Shown here: piece after piece, positions 47,771-59,860 of the stretch | Numbering within the stretch: position 1 is the stretch's first letter | Layout of the letters: each line of letters begins with the position of its first letter | Assembly: GCA_951406725.2 (NCBI GenBank) | Contig: OX597814.1 | Coordinates: 104,160,001 to 104,224,000, forward strand | Direction of reading: 5' to 3' | Source: Octopus vulgaris | Lineage: Eukaryota | Length of the DNA stretch: 64,000 nucleotides | The notes under the pieces: model-generated | The model's database searches: none | Told to the model about the DNA's origin: nothing | The model's input: the letters and a program-made list of their open reading frames with translations, nothing else | Position numbers and translations under genes: made by a program

Positions 47771-48342
47771 TCAATTCTAAGATCCCAAAGAAAGATGTGT
47801 GTTGCTTTGACGGCTTTTGTTTGGGCATCTAGCTGTAGAAAATCTGTCTGACCAGTGCAAGCATGGAAAAGTGGTCATTAAAATGACGAGGATGACACAC
47901 ATGTATATGCCTGCACACACACACACACACACACACGTCATCCTTTGATGTCCATTTCCCATGTTGGCATGGGTATGGCAGGATCTGGATAGCTGCATCA
48001 GGTGTCTCTTTTGGCATCGTTTCTACAGCTGAATACCCTTCCTAGTGCCAACCACTTTGCAGAGTGTACTGGGCGCTTTTTATGCGGCACCAACATGGGT
48101 GCTTTTATGTGGTGCCAGTACCTGCAGAGCTGCCAGGTGGCTTGTAAGACAAAGACCCCTCAGATGATTCAGGGAGTGGAACAAAGAGAAATGACTGTAT
48201 GCCAGACGAGAGGTTGGAGGTTATGTATAAAATATTGATTGCTTTGATTATGCTAAATTTATTTCATATATCTGTATAAATCTGTTTGACTAAAGTATAA
48301 TTTCAGCTTGCTGTGAATAAAGTTAAATTCCTTAACCTTTGA

Positions 48343-48444
<102 letters not shown>

Positions 48445-48465
48445 TAATTAATTTGTTCATTTAAT

Positions 48466-48695
48466 TGTTTCTTTATTACCCACAAGGGGCTAAACAGAGG
48501 GGACAAACAAGGACAGGCAAACGGATTAAGTCGATTACATCGACCCCAGTGCGTAACTGGTACTTAATTTATCGACCCCCGAAAGGATGAAAGGCAAAGT
48601 CGACCTTAGCAGAATTTGAACTCAGAACATAACGGCAGATGAAATATGGCTACACATTTTGCCTGGCGTGCTAATGGTTCTGCCAGCTCGCCGCC
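48466..48695 (-). mobile_element. Young Meta/MESC-like SINE with 18-bp TSD
   Basis: intact head ggcggcgagctggcagaa; flanks ttaattt(g/a)ttcatttaat at 48448 and 48696. Confidence 0.88.
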
Positions 48696-49053
48696 TTAAT
48701 TTATTCATTTAATGTCACGTTATATGTGTTTGTGGTGTAGAAGTTGTTCACTCTGCAGCCGGGCAGTCCTATGTACAAACCCATAGCATGACATCTTGGC
48801 TGTATCACACGGATTCTACTTGAGAATTAGGTTTAGGGTTCAGGCGTTTGTAAAATATTCAGCCATTTAGCCCTTAATTTGTTCATTTAATGTCATGTTA
48901 CATGTGTTTGTAGTGTAGAAGTTGTTCACTCTGCAGCCGGGCAGTCCTATGTTCAAACCCATAGCATGGCATCTTGGCTGTATCACACTGATTCTACTTG
49001 AGAATTAGGTTAAGGGTTCAGGCGTTTGTAAAATATTCAGCCATTTAGCCCTT
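48696..49053. repeat. Tandem duplication, 178-bp unit x2
   Basis: units start at 48696 and 48874; few substitutions. Confidence 0.93.
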
Positions 49054-50079
49054 GCCAGTTGTTCAATTGACAAGAGGCGGCCCCATCATCACACACCCAC
49101 ACACAATGTATAGATGGTGGTAATCAAACCCTGTGTTTGCTGTTCAGCTGTAAAAATTATGCTAAGCCCTACATCAAGATGATGGGCCTTGTTAGCATTT
49201 GTGTGACACCTTTGATGCACAAAAACTGGTGAAAAGGTGCAAACGAGATTGCTAAAATACTGGAATTGACACAACTATTAAACTGATATTTTTTTTCTTT
49301 TTTAATAGAAATTTGAAACAAAAAGAATCACAAGAATCTGTTTATAAGAATCTTTCAAGAGTTCTCATGACCAGGTTATTGGTGGAGTTAGAATGTCCTG
49401 CTTATTGTGGTTTCTTGATTTCTCACCAACTTTAGCAACATGGACAAATGAGATTTGTGTGGTTAATCACACCAGTAAATATTCCTTTGATGTCCTGTGG
49501 TCTTTAGATAATTATTGACTTGTTAGCATCAGAAAGATTTTGAGATCCTTGAGTCTGTTACTCTAATGACTGGGTTATTTAAGTTGGTTGTTCTAGGATC
49601 CACACTAACATAATTAAACTTGTTGATGTGTCTTGCAAAGTACTTAGTGACCCTGTCAGTACTGGTGCCATGTAAAAAGTAGCCAGTCCACTCTGTAGAG
49701 CGGTTGGTGTTAGGACAGGCATCCAACTGTAGACACCATGTCATAACAGACAATGGAACCTGGTGTGGCTCCTGTCAAAGCATCCCAGCCATGCCACCCC
49801 TGCCAGCTGATATTAAATGATGATGATGATTATGTTTGAGCTTGAGGAATTCCTTTAACTCTGCCTCAAAGAATGAAAATTCAAACCCTTCCTCTAACAT
49901 GATCTTAAAAACAGCAATGCACCATTACCCATCACTCAGCTGAAAGACAGAAACCATTCTTATGGTGACATATTTGATTGATTCAAATATACGGAATAAT
50001 CGGTTCAATGTTCACAGTCTGCTAGTGATGGAAGCAAGGAAGATGGTTTTAAAACCCATAAGCATTTATCAGTTGAAAA

Positions 50080-50289
50080 CAGAGGTTCTCAACAAGGGTC
50101 CACATAAGGTTTTTTTTGTTAAAATTTATCTGCAATAATTTAGTTATACTTCTATAATACACAAAATATTTTAACAATTTTTTAAAAATACAAAAAGAAT
50201 CTCTTTAAACAAGGAATGTTTATAAGGGTTCACTCAAGTAAAAGAGTAATGAAAGGAATGGAGGGGTGAAAAATGGTTGAGCATCACTG
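50080..50289. mobile_element. hAT (Charlie/MER5-like) MITE
   Basis: ends CAGAGGTTCTCAAC / GTTGAGCATCACTG; imperfect 8-bp TSD gttgaaaa/gtttaaat. Confidence 0.65.
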
Positions 50290-50349
50290 GTTTAAATACC
50301 GATTTGGTACATGTTTGTCTCTATTGATTCCTTCATCATGATACTTCAG

Positions 50350-50429
50350 ATCTTGACCAGCTAAATCACATCTTGGCTGTACTTGGCTCACCCAGTGCTG
50401 AAGATCTGCAGTGTATTATCAATGAAAAG
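50350..50429 (+). CDS. MAPK1: ERK exon, 80 nt: (Y)[26 protein letters not shown]
   Basis: in frame; matches [19 protein letters not shown]; CAG acceptor and GTCAGT donor. Confidence 0.96.
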
Positions 50430-51361
50430 GTCAGTTGTTTTTTATTAACTTGTTTTAATTAATTAAATGCCTAAGTCGTTAATAAGATTACAAATATTTG
50501 TATTATTATTATTATTGTCATCAATGCATATTTATAGCATTCAGTTTGCTCTCTGATGATGATTTATTATTATTTTATTCTTGGATATATCCATTGTTTC
50601 AGACAGGATTTGATCTAAGAATCATTATTTGGAATCTAAAAAGACACTTTTAACATTTTATAATGGTTAAAGATTGAATTTTGGTTGATAGCACCATCTT
50701 TGTTAGATTAGATCTGGTCTTTCTTGTAGACCTAACCACCTATCTAGGTTATTATTTGCATTTCTTTCATGTTGAAATCTTATTTAAGGCTTGTAGGTTT
50801 GTTCTTTAGCATTTAAACCAACCGTTTTTCCGCCAAAATATTATACCTGTTCTATTGTTCAGATCAACAAGATTTGGCCTCTCACACCTACCCTACAATG
50901 TTATCCTAAAAATAAACCATCACATCAAAACCCTGAAGCAGCAAGATAATCCATGATTAATTCAAGACAATGTGAATAAATAAGGATTACGTTTGACTGA
51001 GTCAGCTGAATAGTAAAGGGTTCAAGCAGACCTTTAGTAGATATGATAGAATGTCATACACTGGATAGAAGTGATTTCCAGCTGACTTCTTGACAGGGTT
51101 TAAAGTCCCATAACATATATACTGTAGACATACAAGGTGTTGTTCAATCAACTGTTTTTCCTGCTGACCACCACCATCAAATAATGAAAACTTGGTTTTG
51201 TGCTGTCAACAGTTTCGAACAGAAATAATTATTCTGTAGTTTTACATCTGTTTCTCCATGCTGGTATGAGTTGGATAGATTGTTCTTCAGTACAGGGGAG
51301 AACAAACATGTTGATGTCTGTCTATTTGTCTTCAACATGCATAAATATATAATATATATAT

Positions 51362-51664
51362 ATCACCATGATCACTGTGACCGACCAGGCTATCAGATGT
51401 TGCTACACATTGCTGGTCACAATGCGCTTTGCATTGTTTTAACCTTCAAATGACGCCACCCTGCTGGCTAAGCGAGCAGGCCAACAGAAGAAAGAGTGAG
51501 AGAAAGTTGCGGCGAAAGAGTACAGCAGGGATTGCCACCACTCCCTGCCGAAGCCTCATGGAGCTTTAGCTCAATAAACACTCACAATGCCCGGTCTGGG
51601 AATCGAAACCGCGATCCTACTACCGCAAGTGCGGTGGCCTAACCACTGGGCCATTGCACCTCCG
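51362..51664 (-). mobile_element. tRNA-derived SINE of a further family
   Basis: minus head ggaggtgcaatggcccagtggttagg...ggtttcgattccc (A/B boxes) followed by a non-tRNA body. Confidence 0.7.
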
Positions 51665-52018
51665 CATATGCCTGAAAATTTTTTTGGTGGGTGGGGGTGC
51701 TAATCAATTACATTGACCCTGAAAGGATGAAAGACAAAGTCAACCTCAGTGGAATTTGAACTCAGAATGGAAAGACAGACAAAATACCTCTGAGCATTTT
51801 GCCTCATGTGCTAAATATTCTGCCAGCTTGCTGCCTTAATCAAATGAAAATGAAAATTAGTGTAAAATTCTCTGCAATAGAAATATTTTCTATTTTTATC
51901 TCAGCTGACCACCACTTAATAATGTCCATTATCATAAATTCTAGTTTTGTTTTCTTTTTGTTGCTTTTCAATTTGGATGTGAAACCATTTCAATAAACCC
52001 TTTTTCCTTTGTCTTCAG

Positions 52019-52097
52019 GCTCGTGGCTATATCCAGGCTCTTCCATACAAACCCAAAATTCCATGGTGCAGCTTGTTTCAGAAAGCTGATCCTAAAG
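52019..52097 (+). CDS. MAPK1: ERK exon, 79 nt: ARGYIQALPYKPKIPWCSLFQKADPK(A)
   Basis: polypyrimidine-CAG acceptor, GTAAGC donor, in frame, MAPK-insert region. Confidence 0.95.
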
Positions 52098-52497
52098 GTA
52101 AGCATTAGCAGCAGATTGTAACTGGTTCAGGACAGGTGTATTAATTAAAGACAGCTACACATATACAATATACAGGGAGTAGCAGAAATCAATTCCAACA
52201 GTGTATCCCCCTTTTACATGGGTCATCATCTTCAAAACCAAAGAAAACAAGCTGGGATTCTTTTCACCTTAATCTTAAAATATTTATTAATAAACATTTG
52301 CTTGGCCCTTTTTTTTTTTTTTTTTTTTGAGGGTTATATTTTTATATCTAGCATTGTTAGATCCATTTTGACGATTTCTGTTTCCTGAAAGTGTGAAGTG
52401 AGAGAGATCAACGATGATGATGATGTCGTCTCTGAAAGATTTCTTGTTCAATCAGTTGTTTATGTTGTTATAATTTTTAATGTTTCATTTCTTCCAG

Positions 52498-52607
52498 CTT
52501 TAGACCTTCTTGATAAAATGTTAACTTTTAATCCAAACAACCGCATCACGGTGGAGATGGCCCTTGCCCACCCATACTTGGAACAATATTACGACCCAGA
52601 TGATGAG
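52498..52607 (+). CDS. MAPK1: ERK exon, 110 nt: (A)[36 protein letters not shown]
   Basis: subdomain XI and common-docking domain (YYDPDDE); CAG/GTAAGT boundaries. Confidence 0.97.
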
Positions 52608-53119
52608 GTAAGTGAAGTCACACATCACAATTCCATCTAAAATAGAAACAGAACTTTTGTTATTGAGCTGAAGCTTGAAATGTTTTAACCTAGAACCCTT
52701 TAAAAACTGAAAGTTTATACCATAGAACCAGGGCTATTCTGGGGCAGGTTGCTATTGGAAGGGATAAAAAAAAAAAATGAAATCTAAATTCCATTATTTT
52801 TGTAGAAAATTTGTAGTGAACCCATAATTTATGTATTTTTAAAGGTTCTTTTTTTTAATGTCCACTATGCTCTTGGAAGGGCGTCCAGCTGTAGAAACAC
52901 TGCCAGATCAGACAGGAGCCTGGTGCAGACTCCTGGCTTCCCAGACCCCAGTCAAACCATCCAACTCATGCCAGCATGGAAAATGGATGTTAAACAATGA
53001 TGATGATGATGAACTGTTAACCCAGAAATATTAAGTCTCTTTTGATGGTGTAAATGAGGAGTGAGTGATGGCTACGGATTGTGAAGTGCCATGAGGAAGA
53101 GAGACAATGGCCAGCAGCA

Positions 53120-53496
53120 GCAGCGAGTGACATCACTTAGTCCCCTTTGTTGTACTTAACCAATATTAATAGGTTTACATCTAATTTTATTTAACTGGAT
53201 TAGATTACTACATTAAATAATAGTTTCTGTAAACATCACCTGTATCACTTTTTCTTACCTGTAAGAATCTTTTCTTACTTTTTCTTGTCCAGGTTTGGCT
53301 TATATCACAGTTGGTGATAAACTCTCCTTGTGTCACAACTCCATTTCACTTGATCCAAGAAACATTTTCCCCCCTTTCAATAAATGCCATAACTATTGTT
53401 TAATGTAGTAATCTAATCCTGTTAAATAAAATTAGATGTAAACCTATTAATACTGGTTAAGTACAACAAAGGGGACTAAGTGATGTCACTCGTTGC
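53120..53496. repeat. 106-bp inverted repeat with 165-nt spacer (foldback/MITE-like)
   Basis: 53120-53225 is the reverse complement of 53391-53496 with about 4 mismatches. Confidence 0.9.
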
Positions 53497-53509
53497 AGTG
53501 TGTATGTGT

Positions 53510-54990
53510 GTACGTATACTTCCTAAGGTGCAAGAGTCAACACTTTCAAACCTGGACCATCATCACCATCTGGTCGAGCTTGCCTGGACATTTTTTAACC
53601 TGCATACTCCATCCATCTTGGTCCTGCATCAGTTGAGGGAGGTCTTCAAGGAGGCATCCAGTGTCTCTATTAAGTTTGATTTACATTGTGTACAGATGAC
53701 CTGTTCAAGTATGACCAAGTTTTGGCATCCGCAGCAATGGGTCACTGGCCAGCTCTTGTTTATCTTGCCAGCCAATGTCCTGCAAAGTGCAAGTGGCTTT
53801 TCCTTATAATGGTGGCAACAGGCAGGAGATCGCCGTACAGCAGTTTCTTGGTGAGATGAGTTCTCCAAGATGCATTTAAGACTGCCCTTAACCCTTTCGT
53901 TGCCAAACCGCCCAAAGCCGCCCGTATTTACCTATTCATATTTAAATGGGAATATCAGAGCAAATCTCTTTAGTACATTCGTGAAAACACGTGATTATAC
54001 TTTGTAAACAGTTCATCTACAGTTTTGTATAACGATCGACGTGTAATTTTAATTCCCTGAATTTTGGGAGATTTTTTTCGGCATCGATTTTTCTTCAACT
54101 TTGAAAATGGATAGGAGTTTCATGTTATCAAGCATTGATTCCGAATTGGAAAATTTGTGAAGCAAATACTGGGTACTGTTGTGGATTTAGTTTTTATACA
54201 GGGAAACTATTGTTAGTCAGCATGGCTTAGGGTACGATGTGGTCTGGAAGTTATTGTTTGAAGCGATCAATGCGGAAACAAACTTACGCAGAATGTAAAC
54301 AAACACAAAATGGGAGTTCAAATTTCGGAAAATTTGTGAAGCAAATACTGGGTACTGCGTGGAATTAGTTTTTATACAGGGAAAATAATGTTAGTCAGCA
54401 TGGCCTAGGGAACGATGTGGTCTGGAATTTATCACTTCCATACCATAACCAGGGCAGTATATTATTTTTTGACCGATTTCTTTAGTTCTGTTAAACTTGC
54501 GGTGGATTCCAGTATTTCACTTTATTCCACCTTTATGGTACACCTGTTGTGCATTAAATTCAACTGATGATATAGTGATGTGCACAATTCTTCTTTATCA
54601 AAATTTTGTAGCATACCCATTTGAATATTAGCTGATGATTCATTTTCTATGGTGATGTTTAAACAAAATTTTAATATTTTTACCTTTTGCTCAATTTACC
54701 TGTAATTAAAGTCACTTTGAGATAAAAGTTATGCAATAGAATTGATTAAGAACCCTTTCTTTAATTATGTTCCAAATATCACATTAATATGTTGATAAGT
54801 AAAAAAGTTAGTTATTTAATGAAACAAGCCTAGATTCATGATTATTTTAGAATTTAATTGAAACCCATGAGGGGTGTATTTTGGTCAGAAATATAGTAAC
54901 AAAAGGGTTAATGTCTGGGTATAAGCTCCATCTAGCTTGGATTCCAGTTTTTGGTAAGCATCCAGGCTGTTGCTTCATATAAAAGGACTG
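53510..54990 (-). mobile_element. LINE (RTE-like) RT C-terminal fragment split by a piggyBac insertion
   Basis: ATVESVLLYEATAW...LDGAYT | LRAVLNASWRTHL...LNRDTGC rejoins across the duplicated TTAA. Confidence 0.7.
53892..54907 (+). mobile_element. Non-autonomous piggyBac with transposase remnant
   Basis: TTAA TSDs; TIRs CCCTTTCGTTGCCA / TAGTAACAAAAGGG; remnant KICEANTGYC...YTGK...SQHGLGYDVVW...NQGSILFFDRF. Confidence 0.88.
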
Positions 54991-55210
54991 ACTCTACTGT
55001 TGCATCACATCACCATCATTTAACAATCACCTTCCATGCTGGCATGGGTGGGACATGGGAAAACAAATTCCTCTTGAGGTTGTCTGACAAGGCTTATGTG
55101 TCATAAACTTCCTGTTTGCGGTGCTAGAAATATTTTTGTATTGTTTTTGAGAACCACAAAAGCACAAATTTTCCTCCAGTCATTAATCAAGTGCCTTTTA
55201 CTCCTTTCAG

Positions 55211-55274
55211 CCCGTTACTGAAAAACCCTTCACATTTGAAACAGAATTGGATGACTTACCCAAAGAGAAATTGA
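55211..55274 (+). CDS. MAPK1: ERK C-terminal exon, truncated by gap: PVTEKPFTFETELDDLPKEKL
   Basis: ctttCAG acceptor; ELDDLPKEKL is the ERK C-terminal motif; Ns start at 55275. Confidence 0.93.
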
Positions 55275-55374
55275 NNNNNNNNNNNNNNNNNNNNNNNNNN
55301 NNNNNNNNNNNNNNNNNNNNNNNNNNNNNNNNNNNNNNNNNNNNNNNNNNNNNNNNNNNNNNNNNNNNNNNNNN
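55275..55374. other. Assembly gap (100 N)
   Basis: run of exactly 100 n; likely a placeholder for a gap of unknown size. Confidence 0.99.
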
Positions 55375-55489
55375 TATCCATGCCATTTCTGTACCTCGCT
55401 CCATCTCCCCCTCCTCTCTCTCTCTCTCTGACTCAACACTTTTTCTTGAATTACAGATGCATTTACATTCACATTTATGCATTTTCCAC

Positions 55490-56303
55490 TGTGTGTGTGT
55501 GTATAAATATATATGTATATACACATGTATATACTTTCATGTGTGTACACATGTGCATATATACTGTTATATGTATGTATATATGTATACATATACATAT
55601 GTGTGCGTGTATGTATAAATATATATATATATAGTATATAAACTGGCTGAGTGTGTGGGGTTGTGTTTATGTATGTTTGCTTGCCTGCAGGAATGTGCAA
55701 ATACACACACACACACACACACGCTGACTCTCACACACACATACACACACTATAATTATTCACAGTTGAAGGAAAAAAAATGACCCAAAGTAATCTCTTT
55801 CTCATTGAACAACCACATTGTTGATTATATATACACGTGTGTATATGTATTGTTTATATATATACATGGGTATGTATATGTGTGTGTATGTGTTGTTAAT
55901 TATATACATATGTATATATGTTAAGTTGATTATATATACGTATGTTTACGTATATGTGTATGTATAATGTGTGTGTGTATATATTTACATATATATATAT
56001 GTATATCTCTATATATATATATTATTTTTCTCTCTTTTTTCATACCAAAGTTTCTTAATATAGAAGTTGTTATACATTTTAAACATTTTGTTTTGTTTCA
56101 GCCTCTTGGTGTATCAAATTATAATAATCATAATAATGATGTAATGACAATTAGAAAAGATAAAACCTCAAGACAAACACACACACACACACAATTAAAA
56201 TATTTTAAATACATACACACACACACACACACATGCCTACAAATACATTTTACTAATCTACACACAATATACAATAAAATTGTTTTACATACATACACAT
56301 ACA

Positions 56304-56342
<39 letters not shown>

Positions 56343-56372
56343 GTACATTAATGTTTTACACACACACACACA
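55490..56372. repeat. (TA)n/(TG)n/(CA)n microsatellite-rich low-complexity tract
   Basis: direct inspection; similar tracts at 1945-2054, 11450-11781, 14107-14330, 32060-32103. Confidence 0.9.
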
Positions 56373-57779
56373 TTCAATAATTTTGAGAAAAACAGAAATA
56401 TTTGCTAGCTGTGATGAATTCATTGCTGCTTTACTGTTTCATTAGTATTTTTTAATTAATTCTTTTCTTGTCCTAATTGCTTCTTCTCCCTTCTCTCTGC
56501 CAATCTTCTTTCTGTGATGTCATTGTTTTAATTTTTTATATTTCCCTCCCACCCTGTCCCCCTTTCTTTGGTGTTGATATTTTTAACAGACTCTAAACAA
56601 AAACTCAATTCAAAACAAACTAAAAAAGAACAAAAAAAGAAAAAAGGACAAAAAAAATAAGAAGCCCCCCCTGCTCTAGCTATTTGTTACCTTTTTTTGT
56701 GAGTGAAGAGGAGATTTTTCTGGGATCAAGTTTACAGTGTCTTTGCTAGAAATAAGTCCACTGTACACTTTATCTGTTGTTTTATCTTTGTTGACTATCT
56801 TCAAACAGGTGTGTGTGTGTGTGGTATATGTGAGTGTGTGTGTGTGTTGCTAGCAGATACAGGTAGGGATGGATGGATGGAGAATGGCTAGAGAGAGAGA
56901 GAGAGAATATACTCTAATATATTAGGAACAAAATTAAAGGAAGAAGAAATAAAAAAAAAGAAAAAAAAAAGGAGCTAAATATAAATACATTTTTTCTGTT
57001 TTTCTGAAATCTGCAGCTAATAAAGTTGTGTTTTAACATCTCCATTTTCTTCAGTCTTTTTTTTTTTTTTTGTTTTCTTTTTTTCTGATATTTGAGTGCA
57101 GCCATTTTTCTGTGTTAGCAGAGTCTCATACAAACTCTTAATTGAGCTAAGATTCTCTGGTTGGACATTGTCTTCAGCCATTCCCAATTGGCTGCTAGTT
57201 TCATCTCCGAGAAAGAATATTGATCTCACATTTTGGCACAAGGCCAGTTATTGGGGTGGGGTGAACAGCTCCAGTGTTCAGCTGGTATTTATTTCATTGA
57301 CCTCAAAAAGGAAAAACTGAGCTTAGCAGAATTTCAAATCAGAATGTAAAGACGGATGAAAAACCGCTAAACATTTTGCCCAGCATGCTAATGATTCTGC
57401 CAGCTTGTTACTTTAGAAAGAGTAGATATTGAAATGACCCTGGTTAGTTTCAATGGGACTAGCTTCCATAGATTTTGGACATATGAACACTCACACAAGT
57501 GAGGAGAGATTACCAAAAGAATTCATAGAGAAGGATTGGTGTCAGAAAACAACTACTTTAACCCTTTAGCATTCAAACCAACCATGTCAAGCCAATATCT
57601 AACCAGTTTTGTTGAGATTGTAGGTTTGAGGTGAGAGGCTGGAACCGGCCAATCTCATTCTAAAACTAAACAATCACATCACTGAAATCTCAAAGCTATG
57701 ACATAAATGCAGAATTAATTCAAAACAATATGAATAAGCAAACAGTAATTTGAATACTAAAGGGTTAATAACCAAAACT

Positions 57780-58760
57780 GATTTCAATTAAAAGGGGCAG
57801 CAAAGAGCATGAAAGTTGCACCCACATTGGCAATACTAGGAATGGCATTCCTTAAAGAAGAAAAAGATTTCAATCCGCAATTATTGGTGATCAGTATTTC
57901 CAATCCTATTAGAAAAAAAAAGCTGGAAAAGATTCCTGGATAATGCTTCATATTTGGGAACAGATGTAATGAAAGCTAAAAGATTCCTTAAATTAATAAA
58001 TAACATTCCTGATCACTCTGAAAATGAAAGGGAACTTTTTTATTTTGAGAACTTAATAACGAAAGTAAATGAGACAATTACAACTGATCTCTACTGCAAG
58101 GACACTAACCCACACCAATATTTAGTCCTTACCACCCCTCCCACACAAAAAAGAACTTCCTATACAATATGTTAAGACATACATGCTCAATAGTTACAGA
58201 ATCAAGTAGATAAAAAAAAAAAACGGTAGAAACATTTCTCCCGAAACTTAGAAATCTTCTATTTATAGTCATCCGCAATCTGAGAGACTACAATATCTTA
58301 CATTTGGTCAAATGATACCTTCTAATATTACACCAAACATCGAATTATAGAAAAATAATCATCAACAGCTAAAGGCAACAATTTAACAAAATTGTTAACA
58401 AAAGCAAAATTCACATCAGAAGAAGTAATGGATGTAACAAAATGTGGAGAACCTTCTTTTGAGATGGATTGAGCAGAATAAAACCAGAAAAATTCAAAAC
58501 AAAACAAGAAAAAAACATTTACTGCATCACATAATTACAATGCTATGAGTATTATATTGGCCAAACAGGATCAAAGTTAATGAACTGGATATGGGTGCAT
58601 AAGCAACAAATCAAGATTGATCTGTCAAAACTTTCCATCTAGAAAGTTGTGTGAAGGGAACAAAATATTCATTTTCTTTTTCAAAATAAAAGAGAATGAT
58701 CAATTATGAAATGCAAAAGAAGAAACTTTTAAAAGAATTTTGAATTTGAGACTCAGTTGG
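57780..58760 (+). mobile_element. Degenerate Penelope-like element (RT plus GIY-YIG)
   Basis: FQLKGAAKSMKVAPTLAILGM, WKRFLDN, ITTDLYCKDTNPHQYL, EYYIGQTG...VHKQQI. Confidence 0.75.
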
Positions 58761-59069
58761 GGGTCGTAAAAACAACTACATCTATACCAGTTACCTTATA
58801 ACATGTGGTCCAACCGATGCCAGCACAGATGTTAAATGTTGTTGTGTGCATCTGTTTCTTTCAAAAATTGTTATAATTCATGATCTTTGATTTAAGAAAA
58901 TCTTAGAGACATTTTTGCAGGTCTTGCAGTGTAATGATCAGCAGCATGAGGTGTTCAGGATTGTAAGACAGTGAGAGAAAGAGAGAACTGAAATATATTT
59001 ATGTTGAAACTGGTCAGATCTAGCCTCTCACCTTAGACCTACAATGTCCTACTAACACTGAACAATCAC

Positions 59070-59860
59070 ATCATTGCACGAGGGAGAAGTCTATTTGGAA
59101 AGATGAAGGCAAACTTTCCACTGATATGGAAATACTATTATGAGAGGTTGCTGAATATGAAAAATGCATAGGGTAAGGAGAAGGCTACTCCATGGTGACC
59201 TTGCAGAGGGACCAGCAATTCAAGTTGAGAGCTGTGTCTTAGATAAAGCAACCAAGCACATGAAGAGAGAGAGAGAAAGCTGTAGGTCCATCAAGGATAG
59301 ATGCAGAGATACTCAAAATATTTTGGAAACAGCTGATCAAGCTACACAGGAAGGTGTCATTGTAAAAAGCTAGAAAGGAAAAGGAGATGCCTTAGAGACA
59401 AGCAACTATAGAGGAACCAAACTACTAAACCTGTGAAAGAGCAGACCTGGGTGAGATGCAGTTTGGTATTGTGCCCAGAAAGAATACCAAAGATATAAGG
59501 TTTCTAGTGAGGTGACTGCAAGAGAATACTTGGTTGTTAAGAGTAAACCTGGTATTCAAGGTGTTTGACAGGATAATCACATTTCAGTACTTTGTTAGCC
59601 ATTAACAAAAATAAGTGTAGACAAATGGCTTGTGAAGGCTGCACAACCCTTATGTACAAAGTTGCAGTAAGTGAGAGTCAACAATGACCTTAGTGACAAA
59701 TTTGGTGTCAGGGTGGTTCAGTCCTCAGTCCCCTCCTCTACTCAACATAGTCCTAGAGGTCACTGCAAAGGAGTTGAAGACTGGATGTCCATGAGAACTT
59801 CTTTATATTGACAATCTAGTTATCTTAGCTGAATCTAAAGGGGAATTAAGTGTGCTCCAA
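59070..59860 (+). mobile_element. Degenerate RTE LINE RT fragment
   Basis: KGKGDALETSNYRGTKLL, EMQFG, GSVLSPLL and ELLYID-like remnants. Confidence 0.7.

Noticed and set aside
49480-49875. Branch-box-like words (ttcctttgat, ttcctttaac) marking a mutually exclusive alternative to the 80-nt exon, as in p38alpha
   Set aside because: The downstream sequence has stops and no kinase similarity
57017-57241. Minus-strand 74-aa ORF as the last exon of a neighbouring gene
   Set aside because: No recognisable domain; its start lies in a SINE tail; the Lys run comes from poly(T); the only candidate acceptor (GAG) is poor
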